A DNA stretch of 64,000 nt from Octopus vulgaris (Eukaryota): contig OX597826.1 of NCBI GenBank assembly GCA_951406725.2, positions 28,830,001 through 28,894,000 on the forward strand. The letters are read 5' to 3'. This document shows, piece after piece, positions 15,810 through 29,503 of this stretch (position 1 is its first letter; each line of letters starts with the position of its first letter). The position numbers and the translations under genes were made by a program. The notes below the pieces were generated by a model. The model saw only the letters and a list, made by a program, of their open reading frames with translations, was not told the origin of the DNA and searched no databases.

Positions 15810-16261
15810 TGACTGGTGGTGGTGGCAGCGGCGGCGGCGGTGGTGGCAGCGGCGGCGGCGGTGGTGGTGATGATGGCGGCGGTGGCGGTGGTGCAGGTGG
15901 TGGTGGGGATGGTGGTGGTGGTGGTGGTGGTGGTGGTGCAGGTGATGATGGTGGTGCAGATGGTGGTGGTGGTGGTGTTGGTGTTAGTACTTGATGTGGT
16001 TAATAATGATGCTTTTGGCGTCATTATGGTGTTCGTATCATAGTTGTTTGTATAGTCCTCTATATTTGACCTGACTTGGCTGCAATTTCTAGCAAGTAAG
16101 GCGACCGCATAGGGACATACTCCCTACTCCCACCCCTTCCCACCGTTTTCGCTTTCTGTTAATGGCGGAATTGATGTGGTTTATGTGTTTACGATGTTCT
16201 TGGCGGCAATAATTATGGAGCAGCAGCAACAGTAGTAGAAATGGTGCTAGCAGCAGCAGCC

Positions 16262-16300
<39 letters not shown>

Positions 16301-16653
16301 AGGTGGCGGCGGTGGTGATGGTAGTAGTAGTAGTAGTAGTAATGGTGGCGGCGGCGGTGGTGGTGGTGGAATTAGTAGTAGTAGTAGTAGTAGTAGTAGT
16401 AAGGTGGCGGCGGTGGTGGTGGTGGTAGTAGTAGCAGTAATGGTGGCGGCGGTGGTGGTAGTGGTGGAATTAGTAGTAGTAGTAGTAATGGTGGTGGTGG
16501 TAGTAGTAGTAGTAGCCGTTGCTGTTGTTGTTGTGATAGTAGTGATAATGGGGGTGACAGTAGTGGTAGTATTAGCAGTAGTGGTGATGGTTGTCGTCGT
16601 ATTGATGGCCGTCATAATAGATGTGGGGGTAGTAGTGGTATTAGAAGTGGTGT

Positions 16654-16711
<58 letters not shown>

Positions 16712-16768
16712 CGTAGCTGGAGCAGCAGCAGCAGTAGCAGTAGTAGTAGCAGTAGCAGCAGCAGCACC

Positions 16769-16824
<56 letters not shown>

Positions 16825-16970
16825 AGGTGATTAGCGGTTTTTCAGGAGGAAAATAAAGATAGTAGCGATGGCCGATGGTGGAGAAGTTGGTGGCGGTGGT
16901 AGTGCTAGTGGTGCTGGCGGTGCTGGTGTGGTCGGTGTTGGTTAGCCGGTTGGCTGGTTTGTTGGTTGGC
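15810..16970. repeat. Compound GGT/GGC/GTA/GCA trinucleotide low-complexity blocks
   Basis: Direct reading. Confidence 0.9.
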
Positions 16971-17278
16971 TCGAAAGCAAACATTGTGTAGACGAGAAAA
17001 ACAAGCAGAACCGCATGAAAAATAAAATTGATGTTGGGCAGGGCAAAGGTGGAATTTCATGGTGAGACCATTCTCTGCGAACAAGAAACGTTAATCTTGA
17101 GAAAATGTCACATCTTAGGTGAATCGTAGCGACTGAACGATGGTGAGTTTGCAGTGCTTACTTGAGAGAGACAAGGCAGATATATATATATATATATATA
17201 TACATACATACATATGTGTGTGTGTTTATATATATATATATGTGTGTGTGTGTGTGCGCGAGTATATACACATATATG

Positions 17279-17325
<47 letters not shown>

Positions 17326-17446
17326 CCAGGCAAACACATTTATATAAGCCCAAATACGCAAATATACACAAGCATGTATATATATATATTTACGCAGCCA
17401 TACGAACAAAAATACATATGTGAGTGTACGTGTGTGTGCGTTTATA

Positions 17447-17495
<49 letters not shown>

Positions 17496-17654
17496 TTTCA
17501 TTGGTATGCAATAAAGACGGAAGTTGTATGTGTGCGACACTGTATGTATGTATGTATTTATGTATATATACATATATATACATGTACACATACACACACA
17601 TATATACATACATATACATATATATATACACATATATATATATATAAACACATA

Positions 17655-17698
<44 letters not shown>

Positions 17699-17864
17699 TG
17701 TAAATATATATATATATATATGCGTGTATATATGTATAAAGCGAGTAGAATACACTACAGAAATGCAAACACACACGCACACATGTGTGTGTGTGTATAC
17801 ATATGTAGATTGAAATATAATATATCTATACATACATATATATCCATATCCATTTATATATGTA

Positions 17865-17900
<36 letters not shown>

Positions 17901-18176
17901 TGTATGTATGTATATATATATGCGTATATATATATGTGTGTGTTTCATGTGTGAATATTCGACGTTGATAATTCCCTCAGTTGCTACTCCGAGTTTCTTT
18001 GGCAGTGTGTGTGTGTGTGTGTGTGATCGGTGCCGCCTGAACGAAATCACCCAAGCGGCAAACTTGGAATAGTGATGCAGTGAATCATTACTTTTCAACG
18101 AATAAATTATGAAGTAAGATTAAATGTGTTGAGTCCATTTTTCTGTCGTGTGAACACCCAACCCCCTCGTTTACGC

Positions 18177-18240
<64 letters not shown>

Positions 18241-18277
18241 TCACACACACACACACACCTATGTGTATATATATGTG

Positions 18278-18334
<57 letters not shown>

Positions 18335-18394
18335 GTGTGTGTGTGTATATATTTGTGTATACATATATATATATATGTGTATATATGTATATAT

Positions 18395-18560
18395 AGGCGC
18401 AGGCGTGGGTGTATGGAAAGAAGCCTGTTTCTCAATCACCTGGTTCCGGGTTCAATCACACTTTGTGGCACCTTGGTAAATGTCTTCTACTATAGCCTAG
18501 TGCTGACCAAATCCTTGTGAGTGGATTTGGTAGATAGAAACTGAAATAACCCCTTCGTAT

Positions 18561-18651
<91 letters not shown>

Positions 18652-18912
18652 TATATATATATATACACATATATACATATATATATGTACGTATATATAT
18701 ATAGATTTATATATAGACATATATGCGTGTTTGTGTGTGTATATGTAAATATTTATGGGTGTTTGTTTTTGTTTCTCTGTTCGTACCCAACTACTGTCGC
18801 TTGACCACCGATGCAGGTGTGTTTACGTCCCCGTAACTTAGCGGTTCGGCAAAAGAGAACAATAGAATAAGTACTAGGCTTACAAAGAATAAGTCGATTT
18901 CTTTGAGTAAAA
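18395..18912 (+). mobile_element. SINE family B copy with expanded internal microsatellite
   Basis: Both modules present, separated by more than 200 bp of (CA)n/(TA)n-rich sequence. Confidence 0.75.
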
Positions 18913-19251
18913 GGCATGTGTGTGAGTGTGTGTATGTCTGTGTGTGTATGTCTGTGTGTGTGTGTGTGTGTGTGTATGTGTGTGTGCGTATAAGGAAGAG
19001 AGATAACAAATACGTTTGTAATTCACAAATGTAATTCTTTGGCAAATATACTGCATTGCATATTCGCGGCTCCGATGACGCTATAAGGTGTTATTCAGGC
19101 ACTCAGCTATGAGTCCACTGCATTTCGCAGCAGAAACATCTGCAAGCTAATGAAGTTCATAAGATAATCATTTATTCCTTTGTCATCTCATTTTCTTATT
19201 ACGATAATACCTCGCTTTTCGAACAACTTTGATCTCAAATAAATCGTGTTT

Positions 19252-19317
<66 letters not shown>

Positions 19318-19863
19318 GAGAGGAAAAGTTATAATAAGGTAGAATGCTAAATTGAAAGTAAATTTTAATAAAAATAGGTGTACGGAAAATTAAAAAAGAA
19401 AAAATAATAAATCGGAGCGGTTTTCTTCGCAAAGCAAATTTTCAAGATTTGGAAAGGGAAAAGAAATTTTTTAAAAATTAATGAAGGGAAAAAAAGAAAT
19501 TTACAATGTATTTTTCAAAAAAATAGTAATAAATATGTACAAAATTGATAAATAAGTATACCGATACATTATAGAGTCTTTATGCTTTTAGAGTTGAATA
19601 ATGGTCCTTGGAAAAATTTCTTTGGAGGATTAAAATCCATGTGATTAAAAGTGGTGCTTAGTTTAAAGTGTTTGGTAAAAGAGTGTCAAAACAGGAAATG
19701 GGGTAGGAGTTATCCAGTTCCTGAGAGTAAGGTGAGACAACTCTGTGGATTTTATGTTCTTCAATTGGAATGATGGATTTTTTGTCAAACAGGATGATTA
19801 TATTTTTTTTGTCAGATAGGATGCTAGAAAAAGGAGTATGGTCATCGTGGAGTTTGCATATTA

Positions 19864-19986
<123 letters not shown>

Positions 19987-20570
19987 TATATACGAAAGAA
20001 GGTTTGAAAATGCAATTCAAAAGATGTTTATTTACTTAACCGGTTTCACTCTTTGGTAAAAGATTGTCAAAAGTAACATTGAATATTATGGATTCAAAAA
20101 AGTTTTTTACATAATTGCTACATTGAATATTATGAATTCAAAAAGGTTTTTTTACATAATTGTCACATTACATGTATAAATATAGTGTTTGGTAACAGAG
20201 ATATGTTAAGGGCATAAAGAAGTTCAATAGTGTGATGAGAATATTTGGAAAAATTGGCAGAAATGAATAAAACAAATATATTATTGGAAATTTGGTTGCG
20301 TTAATTATTGGTTGTCGCAAATTGTCACATTACATGTATATATATATATACAGTCTTTGGTAGAAAGGACATGTTAAAGACATAAGGAAGTGCAATGGTA
20401 TGGTGAGAAAATTTGTAATATTGACAGAAAAAATTAAAATGGATATTTTATACATCTCAGAATATTTTGAATTGAAGGCGAGAATTTGTTTTTACTGACC
20501 TGTTCGCTTTAGCTGAAATGTTGAATTGAGAGAAAAAATGTGTACCCAGTTTTGTTTTGTTTATGGTTTT

Positions 20571-20658
<88 letters not shown>

Positions 20659-20659
20659 A

Positions 20660-21364
20660 TATTATATGTAGAAAAATACAAGCTGGGACAAGAACGTAAA
20701 ACATTTAGAAGACGATACAAAAACACGGACGGGACATTCGAAGCCTTCAATCTTCAGTCAAGAACCGGATCATCCTCACAATTTCGGCTGATTAATCTTG
20801 AGATCGCTCCGATCCGGCCAGCCCCAAGGAAAAACTAAGCTACGAGCATTAGATTTCTTGGAAAAAGGATCGAATGTATACGAAACAAGGAGAGAAAAAC
20901 GGACGATGCCACACGAATATAAATACAAAAAACAATAATAGTAGTAACAGGACAAAAACAGCGGGTGTCTTACGACTAAGACATTACAACTTAGTTTAGC
21001 TGGCGTATTTGGAAAAAAATGCCTTTTTCGGCAGACGAAGACAATGATGTTCTCATGGCGCTGGTTAGATGCCGAAAGGCTGGTTGACCAGCGGTCAAGT
21101 GAGAGAAGAGAGACAAAAAAAGGGGGCAAAGGAATCAAAGAGAGAGAGAAAAAGAGGGACGAAGGCACCAAAGGAGGGAGAAGAGAGAGAAAGAAGGAAT
21201 TAAAGAGGGGAGAAGAAAGAGAGCGTGCCAAGGATTTGCTTGGCGACAGAATCAGTGAGGTGCAAAGTGAGAAAGACAGAGAAATGTGAGAGAGTGGGGG
21301 AAGAGTAGACCAAAGAACCAGCGGCCAGAAAAAGAGAGAGAGAGAGAGAGAGTATAGGAGGGAG

Positions 21365-21420
<56 letters not shown>

Positions 21421-21613
21421 GCAGATCAAAGTAGAGTGCAAAGTGTGAAAGGCAGAGAAATGTAGGAGAGAGAGACAGTGTTATAGAGTCGTACCAAATT
21501 TAAAGGAATATGTACTTACATACAAGGCCAAATAGGGTACGGGTGCCGATATATATATGTATATTTATATGTATGTATATATATATATATCTATATCTAT
21601 CTCTCTCCCTCTC

Positions 21614-21676
<63 letters not shown>

Positions 21677-22360
21677 CACACAAAATGGGACAAGAATGCA
21701 AGACATCCGGACAGTTAAGTGATACAAAAATGGGACAACAAAACATCCAGATAGACGATACAAAGAAAACAAGGACGAATCATTCGAAATTTTCTTTCTT
21801 CAGTCAAGCACCAGATTATCTTCGCAATTTCGGCTGATTGCTCCAATCTGGCCAACCCCAAGGAAAAACTAAGCTAAGAGCATTAGATTCCTTGGAATGA
21901 AGCAGCGAAAGTATATAAAAACAAGGACGGAAAGAAAACGGACAATGTTACACAAATACAATAAAAATGATAACAGGACAAAAGGTGTCTTTCAACTAAG
22001 GACGAATTAAATTAACCAGGCGTGTGTGGAAATGAAGCCTTACGGCAGAGATACAAGATTTCACGAACACAGGGAGAAATATCGATGTTGCACGACAACG
22101 GCCAGACCAAGAAACAAGGAACAGGTTTGGCCGAACACCGGTCACATGGGAAGAGAAAAGAGAGAAGTATAAGTAGAGAGACAGAAGAATTGAGGGGCGA
22201 GAAAAAATGACAGGGATACAGTGAAGTGAAAAGTGGAGAGACAGTGAGTTTGAAGAAAAGGTAAAGAAACGTGAGAGACGGGGAACGAAAGCACGAAGTG
22301 TAGAATGAACGAATAAGCGTGAAAGGGTTGATAGACAGAAATAGAGTCGTACAAGATTTA
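20660..22360 (-). mobile_element. Two diverged copies of a (TA)n-associated non-autonomous repeat (third copy at 52370-52614)
   Basis: GGGACAAGAA..GACGATACAAA..CTTCAGTCAAG..ATTTCGGCTGATT..CCCCAAGGAAAAACTAAGC occurs at ~20.68, ~21.69 and ~52.39 kb, each beginning beside TA/TG repeats. Penelope derivation and strand are inference. Confidence 0.6.
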
Positions 22361-22366
22361 GAAAAT

Positions 22367-22367
<1 letters not shown>

Positions 22368-22434
<67 letters not shown>

Positions 22435-22457
22435 GTAGGAAGGGAGATAGATAGATG

Positions 22458-22493
<36 letters not shown>

Positions 22494-22500
22494 TACAGAC

Positions 22501-22592
<92 letters not shown>

Positions 22593-22613
22593 GTATAGAT
22601 AGATAGATGGATG

Positions 22614-22704
<91 letters not shown>

Positions 22705-22712
22705 GGATAGAT
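22368..22712. repeat. (ATAG)n/(ACAG)n microsatellite at the 3' side of the Tx1 element
   Basis: Direct reading. Confidence 0.95.
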
Positions 22713-23017
22713 AACTTTTTATTGTAGCCACACAGGGCTAAACACAGAAGAAAAATGGACGAAATACAATGTAGAATTTTTTTCTTTTCGAGGTGGGATG
22801 GGTGGGGCAAAAAAAAAAAAAAAAAAAAAAAAACGTTTGATCAATAGGGATCTGTGGGTTGTGTGGTGTATAAAAAAGCAATATATATATATATATAAGG
22901 TTCACAGTTTAGGTGTAGCCTTAGAAAGAAAAACCTACAAAAAAGACCAAGGTCACCTCAGACAATTCGAAAAAGAACACATGAGTAAGTCGCCTTACTT
23001 CTCGTTGTCTCTTTTGG

Positions 23018-26000
23018 TTACAGATTTATGCTTAAAATAGTGTCGTCTTTCATACTGAGCATTTTTGCCACTTTTACCCACTTTTTATTAAAACATTTGT
23101 TCGACAAAGCCTTCCTCTCTATTCTCATCCTCCTTTTCAAGTGGTACTTGAAAAAGTTGACGAGAGACTGACCAGAGAGGAAGGTGTTTGTTTGCAGTCC
23201 TTTCAAACGCGTCCACCACACACATTCTTTCGCCATAGCCATCAGCGTAACGAAAACCGTTTTCCCTTCCCGTTTAAAGGAAGGTGGTGGAACAATATTT
23301 ACGATAGACTCGGCCGATAGGCGAGCCTGACCTACACGTGACAACAGCTGTTCGACGAAGGACCACAGCTCTGAAATATCTGGACACTACACGAGTGCGT
23401 GCAGAACGGTTTCGTCGCTCTGACCGCATCTCGGGCAGGTCGGTCCGGTGATGGTTTTCGAACCGTGTCTGTAGCTCTTCTCTCGAACAGGTAGTGCGTC
23501 TCGATAGCACTGCCAAGCCAGGGATTTCTGGAAGTTATCCATAGGCCCCGGCCCGAACGTCGTCCTGAACAGGCGGGTTAGGAATTCCTCGTCGACGCCC
23601 AGGTTTGCCCCGAGTGTGTCGTCGGACCTCCCCTCCACTAGTCCTCTATAGAACGCTTTAGTCGTTTGGAAGTTGCACAAGTTTGACCCCGGTCGGCAGA
23701 GCTGCTGTAGAGCTTCGCGACACTCTCGGTGCCAATCGCCCAGTTTCGGTCTCTTTTTGATCCACGTTTGCAGTTCGGTCAGTGAGACGAGCTGCGGGAA
23801 GTCGCGCCTCACAAACGGCGCCCACACCTGTTCACCGTCGTCGATGAATTTCCAGAGATGTCGCAGTCTCAGCGCATGCCTGCGCATCATCAACCACGGC
23901 ATGCTCAGTCCTCCATTCAACGGATGTTGACAGAAAATGGACTTCCTCACCATCGGAACGCCACCCTTCCACAGGAAGCGGAAGAGTATGCGTTCCAGTT
24001 TGGTGATGGTGGCGTCGGGACAAGGTACGACGGTCAGGCGGTAATCGATGACGGATGCGATGTACGCGTTCGCCACCTCCGCCCGGCCTTTTAGAGACAG
24101 CTTTCTCTCGGCCCATGTTTGGCTAAGAGCGACCACTCTACTCGTGATCTCGTCCCAGTTCTTATCCATTTGGAGGTCCGGACTGAACCAGACCCCGAGC
24201 AATTTAACCGATCCGTCCGTCCAGCGTCCCACTACTGAGCCGCAGTCGGACGGCATGGGCTTGCTTCTCCAGGTGCCGAGTAGCAAACCCACTGACTTTT
24301 CCGGGTTAATCTTTGCTCCCGTCACCGTTTCGTATTTTCTTAGTGTCTCGCCTATCATCTTGATGTGTTTGTCGCTCGACACTATGACGGTGACATCGTC
24401 CGCATATGCCGACACGCTCGTCCCGCAACCCAGTTCCCGTGGGATGCCCCTCAGTGTCGCCAGCTTCCGCAGTAGCGGCTCGAGAGTCAATACATACAGA
24501 AGCGCCGACAGGGGACACCCCTGACGGACCGAACGCGTGATGTCAAACGGTTTCGACAGGTGACCGTTCACCCGAATCACCGATCGGATGCCGCTATACA
24601 AGGCAGCGATCCAACCGCGGAAGACGGGACCGAAGCCAGCCGCCCTGAGGACGGCCGCCAAGTACCGATGGTCGACCCTATCGAAGGCTTTAGACTGATC
24701 CAAATTTATCAGCGCCCCACCCATGCCAGGATCCTTAACTACCCTGTCCACAATGTAGCGCATCAGGTGGAGGTTGTCATGTATGGTCCTGCCCGGCACG
24801 GCGCATGTTTGCGCCCTGTCGACCAGTTTACCAATGACAGGCGCCAACCTCTCGGCTATTACTTTGGCCAAAATTTTCAAATCTGCGTTGAGCAGAGTGA
24901 TGGGCCTGAAATTATCTATAAAATTCCCCTTGTTTGAGTCTTTCTTCAGCAACGTCACTGCACCTCGGCTCACGAAACCGGGGATTCTCCCGTTTTGTTG
25001 CCAGTTGCAGTAGACTGATGCCAAGAGGTCGCCAAACAAGTCTGACATTCGACAATACAGCTCGTAGGGTAAACCATCCAATCCAGGCGACTTATCCCTC
25101 GCGCAGCCCGCCATCGCATCCCACACGTCAGCGGCTGTGATGGGACTTTCACAACACTCCGCTTCTCTTGCCGAGAGCCGCGGCAGGTCGGTCAGGTAGG
25201 CACTGAAATCCATCCCTCGTTCCGACCCACCACTCGCACCAAACAGTCGAGCAAAGTGCTGTTGAAAGGCCTCACACATCCTTTCGGGTTCGAGTAAACT
25301 GCATCCCTGTTGATCTATTAGAGACCGAATGGTTGATCTGTTGCCACGCTGCGCCTCCGCTACCCGGGCCTCTCGCGCAGCTTCAATCCCTTCGTTCCTT
25401 AAGGCACGCATTTTAGCTCTGACGACGCAACCTTCGTGCTTGGCGTTGAGGTGTTGGTCGAGGGCCATCCTCGCAGCCAGCACGTTGGTTGCGCTGCCAG
25501 TGGTAAGTGCCTCTTCTAGTTTCTTAACTAAGTCTCCCTCTACTCTATTTCGTTCTATCGCTAATTCCTTGCTAAACCTAATTGATTCCGATTTTATTGC
25601 CATTTTCAGGGCGTACCACCAGCGGTTGTTAACGACCGCCCCGTCAACGCCCTCTTAATTAACTCGCTAATCCGGTTCCTGTAAACCTGTCGCGCTAACA
25701 GCGACGTGTTCAGTTTCCAGTAACCGGGACCCTGCCTATGTGTTTTATCTAAGTCGAGCGTACACGTAACAAATTTGTGATCTGTGTAGCTGACTATTTT
25801 AAATTGTGGACATCCTACACTATCCCTATCCGCTGTCCTGCATAGAATTCTATCTAGATAAGATCTCGACGATCCGACGCGGTTTGTCCAAGTCCACGTT
25901 GGCACGTTCGGATGGTCGAGTCGGAACCTGTCAGACAAATGGAAACGTCTGAGCAGGTCTTTGAGGCTCTTACACCCCCTTCTATTCCTATCCCTTCCCA

Positions 26001-26466
26001 CATAATCTAGATGCGTGTCCAAGGTAGCGTTCCAATCCCCTACTAACAGTAAAGGTCTAGACGTACCCAGGAAAACCTCTAGACGTCTGAAGAAATCCGC
26101 CCGACCTGTTAAGGACGGTGCATAAACTGCCATCAGACGGAATGCACACCCATTTCTGCCATCCACGTCCAAGACAACCAGCCTACCCTCCGGGTCTAGG
26201 AATATTGCTCTTACTTTTACCTTTAGACTCTTTCGAAAAAGCACCGCAGTACCTCCACCACCCATGTTCGGCAGACAGGGAGAAAAATAAATGTCAAATT
26301 GATTGCCAAACATGGACTCGAGGGCCCGCGGCTTACTGAGTCTGGTTTCACTGATAGCTACTATATCCACGTCCAGTGACTTGATGTCGTTTAGAAGGTA
26401 ACCTTGCTTCCAAGCCGACGCCAAGCCACGCGCATTCACACAACCTAATTTAAGCATACTTGACAT
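23018..26466 (-). pseudogene. Retrotransposon ORF2 (APE endonuclease, reverse transcriptase, C-terminal zinc finger), ~1149 aa when repaired, two lesions
   Basis: EN motifs NARGL, AISET, VYAP, GDWN, YLDRIL, TDH (25606-26466). RT motifs SPGLDG, LDQSKAFDRVDH, RQGCPLS, YADD (23387-25603). Zinc finger CPRC...H....C. One 1-nt frameshift at the C4 run 25639-25642 and one in-frame TAG at 23387-23389, after which the same frame continues to 23018. Confidence 0.92.
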
Positions 26467-26523
26467 TTACGAAAATTGTGTTTTACACACTATATTAGAA
26501 GAGACAAGAGGCAAGAAGTGAGG

Positions 26524-28410
26524 TCACTTACTCATTTTAAAAGTTTCATTTTTTTCTTCTTCTTTTGTATCGTTTTTGATGAGGTGTTTGTATAGTTTTT
26601 TCGACAGGTTACGTTGATACCTGCCTACCGCATTCGGAAATATTGTTTTCAGGATGTGGTGTTGTGCTTGTGTTATGTGTAAAATTCTGATGTGTTTCGG
26701 TGGTGTGATGTGCGGATGATTGTTTGTCTTAAAGTCATCTTCACAGACGACCATGTTAGATTTGATGTAGTCCATTAATTCTTTATTGTCTGTGTCTATT
26801 GCAGTTAGTTGTGTGTGTGGTTTTACGGGTTCATTACTTTTTTGATTGTCTAGGGGGATGTTGTCCTGAGTTAGATATCTCCCTGCTTTAATTCCTTGTT
26901 TGGTGGATTTTTGGGATCTTTTTCTTTTACCCCCTGTGGCTATTTGCCATTCCGTCGAACTTTCGTCGTCCGACGTATCAGTATGGGGTAGAGGCAAAAC
27001 ATTTGCATTACTATGTATGCTTGTATAAATTGTTGATGTTTTGTGCGGTGTTTGTGTTGTTGTGGTGTTAGGGGTAGCATTTGTCTTCTCGTCAGTGTTT
27101 TCTGTCTTTTTAATTGTCGTCCTGGGTGTGGGCGTGGGTCTATTTTTTGTTAATTCAACAGGTTTAATTGGTTGTGAAGTCAACGGTGATTGTGTTGATA
27201 CTGTTTTTCTTGGTGATGTTGCTGGGGTTTGTTTGCTGGTTTGTTGTTTTTCTTGGCATTGTTCCATAATTGAGTGTGTTGGTGTTGGTGTTGGCAACAA
27301 AGGGATTTTATTTGTTTTCTGATTAGTTCTTTCTTGTTTTTTCTGTACCAGATCGCACTTGGCAATCAAATGTTCGGGGCTGCCACATTTGTAGCATCTA
27401 GGCTTTTTGCCTTCTGCCATAACATATAGGCATTGCCCATTCTCCAAGTATATCTTGTCGGGTAGGCTCTCGATAGAGGCCCCCTCAATCTGGATGGTCA
27501 CCACTACTGTTTTTCCACCCCAATTGTCGTTTAGGTACACGGCTGTTTCCAAAATATTGATCTTTTTCAAGTGGTAACAGATTGCCCCTGTTATCCATTT
27601 GTTCGGCATATCGGGGGGTACATTTCTGATAGTAATTTTACTCACCCTCTGGTTTTTATAATAAGGGACCATGATGATTTCATCATTTCCCAGAGACTCA
27701 GTAGAGTGAGCTTTTGCCACTTCCTGGTTAGGGAAGCGGACCACTACTGTGTTAAACTGGGGACCCCAGTTTATATACTCTTTTTCTTTCATTATGTTTT
27801 TTAAACATTTCTCCACATCAGTTTTTGTAATCTGTTCATTTGGTTTTTTGTTTTTTCTAATAATTTTATATACAATTGTCTTATTTTCTATTTCTTGTTT
27901 TATATGTTGAGGTGTATGCAGCACTAAATCTTGTCCACGGGTTGTAAAGAGAGCTCTTGTCTCTATGAGCTCTTCATTTGTGAATGTAACAATTTCCTTC
28001 TTTTGGCGAAGAATGTCTGCGAAATTTACTGATGTTGTTGATTTTTTCGTATTAACATCTTCACTATTAGATAGTTCATTTTTATTGTTGTCCTTGTTGT
28101 TGCTGTTGTTTTTGTCAATAGTTTTCGTTTCAGTTTTATTTTTATCATTTATGTTGGTCGTGGTAGTGGTGGTGGTGGTGGTGGAGGTGGTGGTGGTAGC
28201 AGTTGTTGTCTCGTGGTTGCTGTTGTTAGTGGTGGTGGTAGCGGTGGTGACAGGGCTGTTAACGCACGTGGTTGCAGCGTTCATTTCACCGAATTTCACG
28301 TTTGCATTTTCCGTGCGAACGTTCTTATTTTTCTCTATCGTTTCCAGACTAGGAAAATGTTGTTCCATAAAAGAACGCGACCAGCGTTCAACAATAAAAT
28401 TTCTAGACAT
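26524..28410 (-). CDS. Retrotransposon ORF1 (gag-like nucleic-acid chaperone), 628 aa, intact
   Basis: Uninterrupted ORF directly upstream of ORF2; one CX2CX4HX4C knuckle (CYKCGSPEHLIAKC) after a possible RRM-like region; T/N/P-rich linkers. Confidence 0.88.
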   Translation of the reverse strand: MSRNFIVERWSRSFMEQHFPSLETIEKNKNVRTENANVKFGEMNAATTCVNSPVTTATTTTNNSNHETTTATTTTSTTTTTTTTTNINDKNKTETKTIDKNNSNNKDNNKNELSNSEDVNTKKSTTSVNFADILRQKKEIVTFTNEELIETRALFTTRGQDLVLHTPQHIKQEIENKTIVYKIIRKNKKPNEQITKTDVEKCLKNIMKEKEYINWGPQFNTVVVRFPNQEVAKAHSTESLGNDEIIMVPYYKNQRVSKITIRNVPPDMPNKWITGAICYHLKKINILETAVYLNDNWGGKTVVVTIQIEGASIESLPDKIYLENGQCLYVMAEGKKPRCYKCGSPEHLIAKCDLVQKKQERTNQKTNKIPLLPTPTPTHSIMEQCQEKQQTSKQTPATSPRKTVSTQSPLTSQPIKPVELTKNRPTPTPRTTIKKTENTDEKTNATPNTTTTQTPHKTSTIYTSIHSNANVLPLPHTDTSDDESSTEWQIATGGKRKRSQKSTKQGIKAGRYLTQDNIPLDNQKSNEPVKPHTQLTAIDTDNKELMDYIKSNMVVCEDDFKTNNHPHITPPKHIRILHITQAQHHILKTIFPNAVGRYQRNLSKKLYKHLIKNDTKEEEKNETFKMSK

Positions 28411-28610
28411 TTTCTAATGTCGAGAATAAAATTACAGAAATGAAATGGGGTCGAAACTGCCCCTAGGGGCGAATTCCTCCCTTGGAAAAGCACTCAAATG
28501 AAAGTTGGTTGCCTTACACACCTTATTTGCAAAAATCTACACAAAAATTGGCCTATAAATAGTCAAAATAAATGATTACCTTCGGAGCTGAAACGTCATC
28601 ACATCCGTCA

Positions 28611-28818
<208 letters not shown>

Positions 28819-29452
28819 GGAAAGTATGAAGATGTTTTGGACACGAGTCTTTCATCAAAAGAAAAGATAGAAAAGAAAAACTATAGGTAGAAAACGAATG
28901 AGAAGAGATGAGATGAGCGGAAAATAGAAAATGAATGAGAAAAGATGGGTAGGGTGGAAAGAAGAAAAGCTAAGGCGTAAGGGTTCCGGGTGCGAATGTG
29001 TTTCTATGAAAGGAAGTTTTATAGTGTGCGGATAAAACGGTATCCGTTTATAGGGACTGGCATACAGGGAAGTGGAGGAGTTTTTCGGGACGCGTGTGGT
29101 TTAGAGTGATATGTCCAGGTGTATAGAGGTGCGCTAGAGGGGAAGTGGAGTGGCATGGAGTAGTAAATATGTAGGTGGGTGGGTGGGTGGTGTATAGATG
29201 TAATCACATTGTATGTGAGAGAAGGCCTGGAGGGGAGAAGGCTGTGGCAGGCATATGTGTGAGGTGAAAGAGAAGGTAAGACAGACTCATAGTTAGGGTA
29301 ATTACATCACTAATAAGAAAGTATAAAGGTATATAAATAGTTATGATAATAAAATGCAAAAAAGACATAACTAGCAAAATCTGTGGAGGCTATGCAACAA
29401 GTGCAATATTAAGAAATGGTTAGATGTTGTGTGTGTGTGTGTATACATGTAC

Positions 29453-29502
<50 letters not shown>

Positions 29503-29503
<1 letters not shown>

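Larger units (their letters stand above)
22713..28610 (-). mobile_element. Full-length Tx1/L1-clade non-LTR retrotransposon inserted in a (GATA)n/(TATC)n microsatellite
   Basis: About 200-nt 5'UTR, gag-like ORF1, 57-nt spacer, APE-RT-CCHC ORF2, and a 3'UTR with hairpin plus AATAAA (plus-strand TTTATT 22718-22723). Both ends abut (ATAG)n arrays (22368-22712, 28611-28817). Confidence 0.93.

Noticed and set aside
16247-16984. 245-aa Thr-rich mucin-like ORF
   Set aside because: Derived from (GTA)n/(GGT)n repeats; no signal peptide or splice evidence.
19658-19800. Possible Penelope GIY-YIG C-terminal remnant (..[12 protein letters not shown])
   Set aside because: Resemblance is too short and degenerate to call without a profile search.
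23673-28443. Plus-strand ORFs overlapping the retrotransposon
   Set aside because: Antisense shadows of ORF1 and ORF2 with no motifs.
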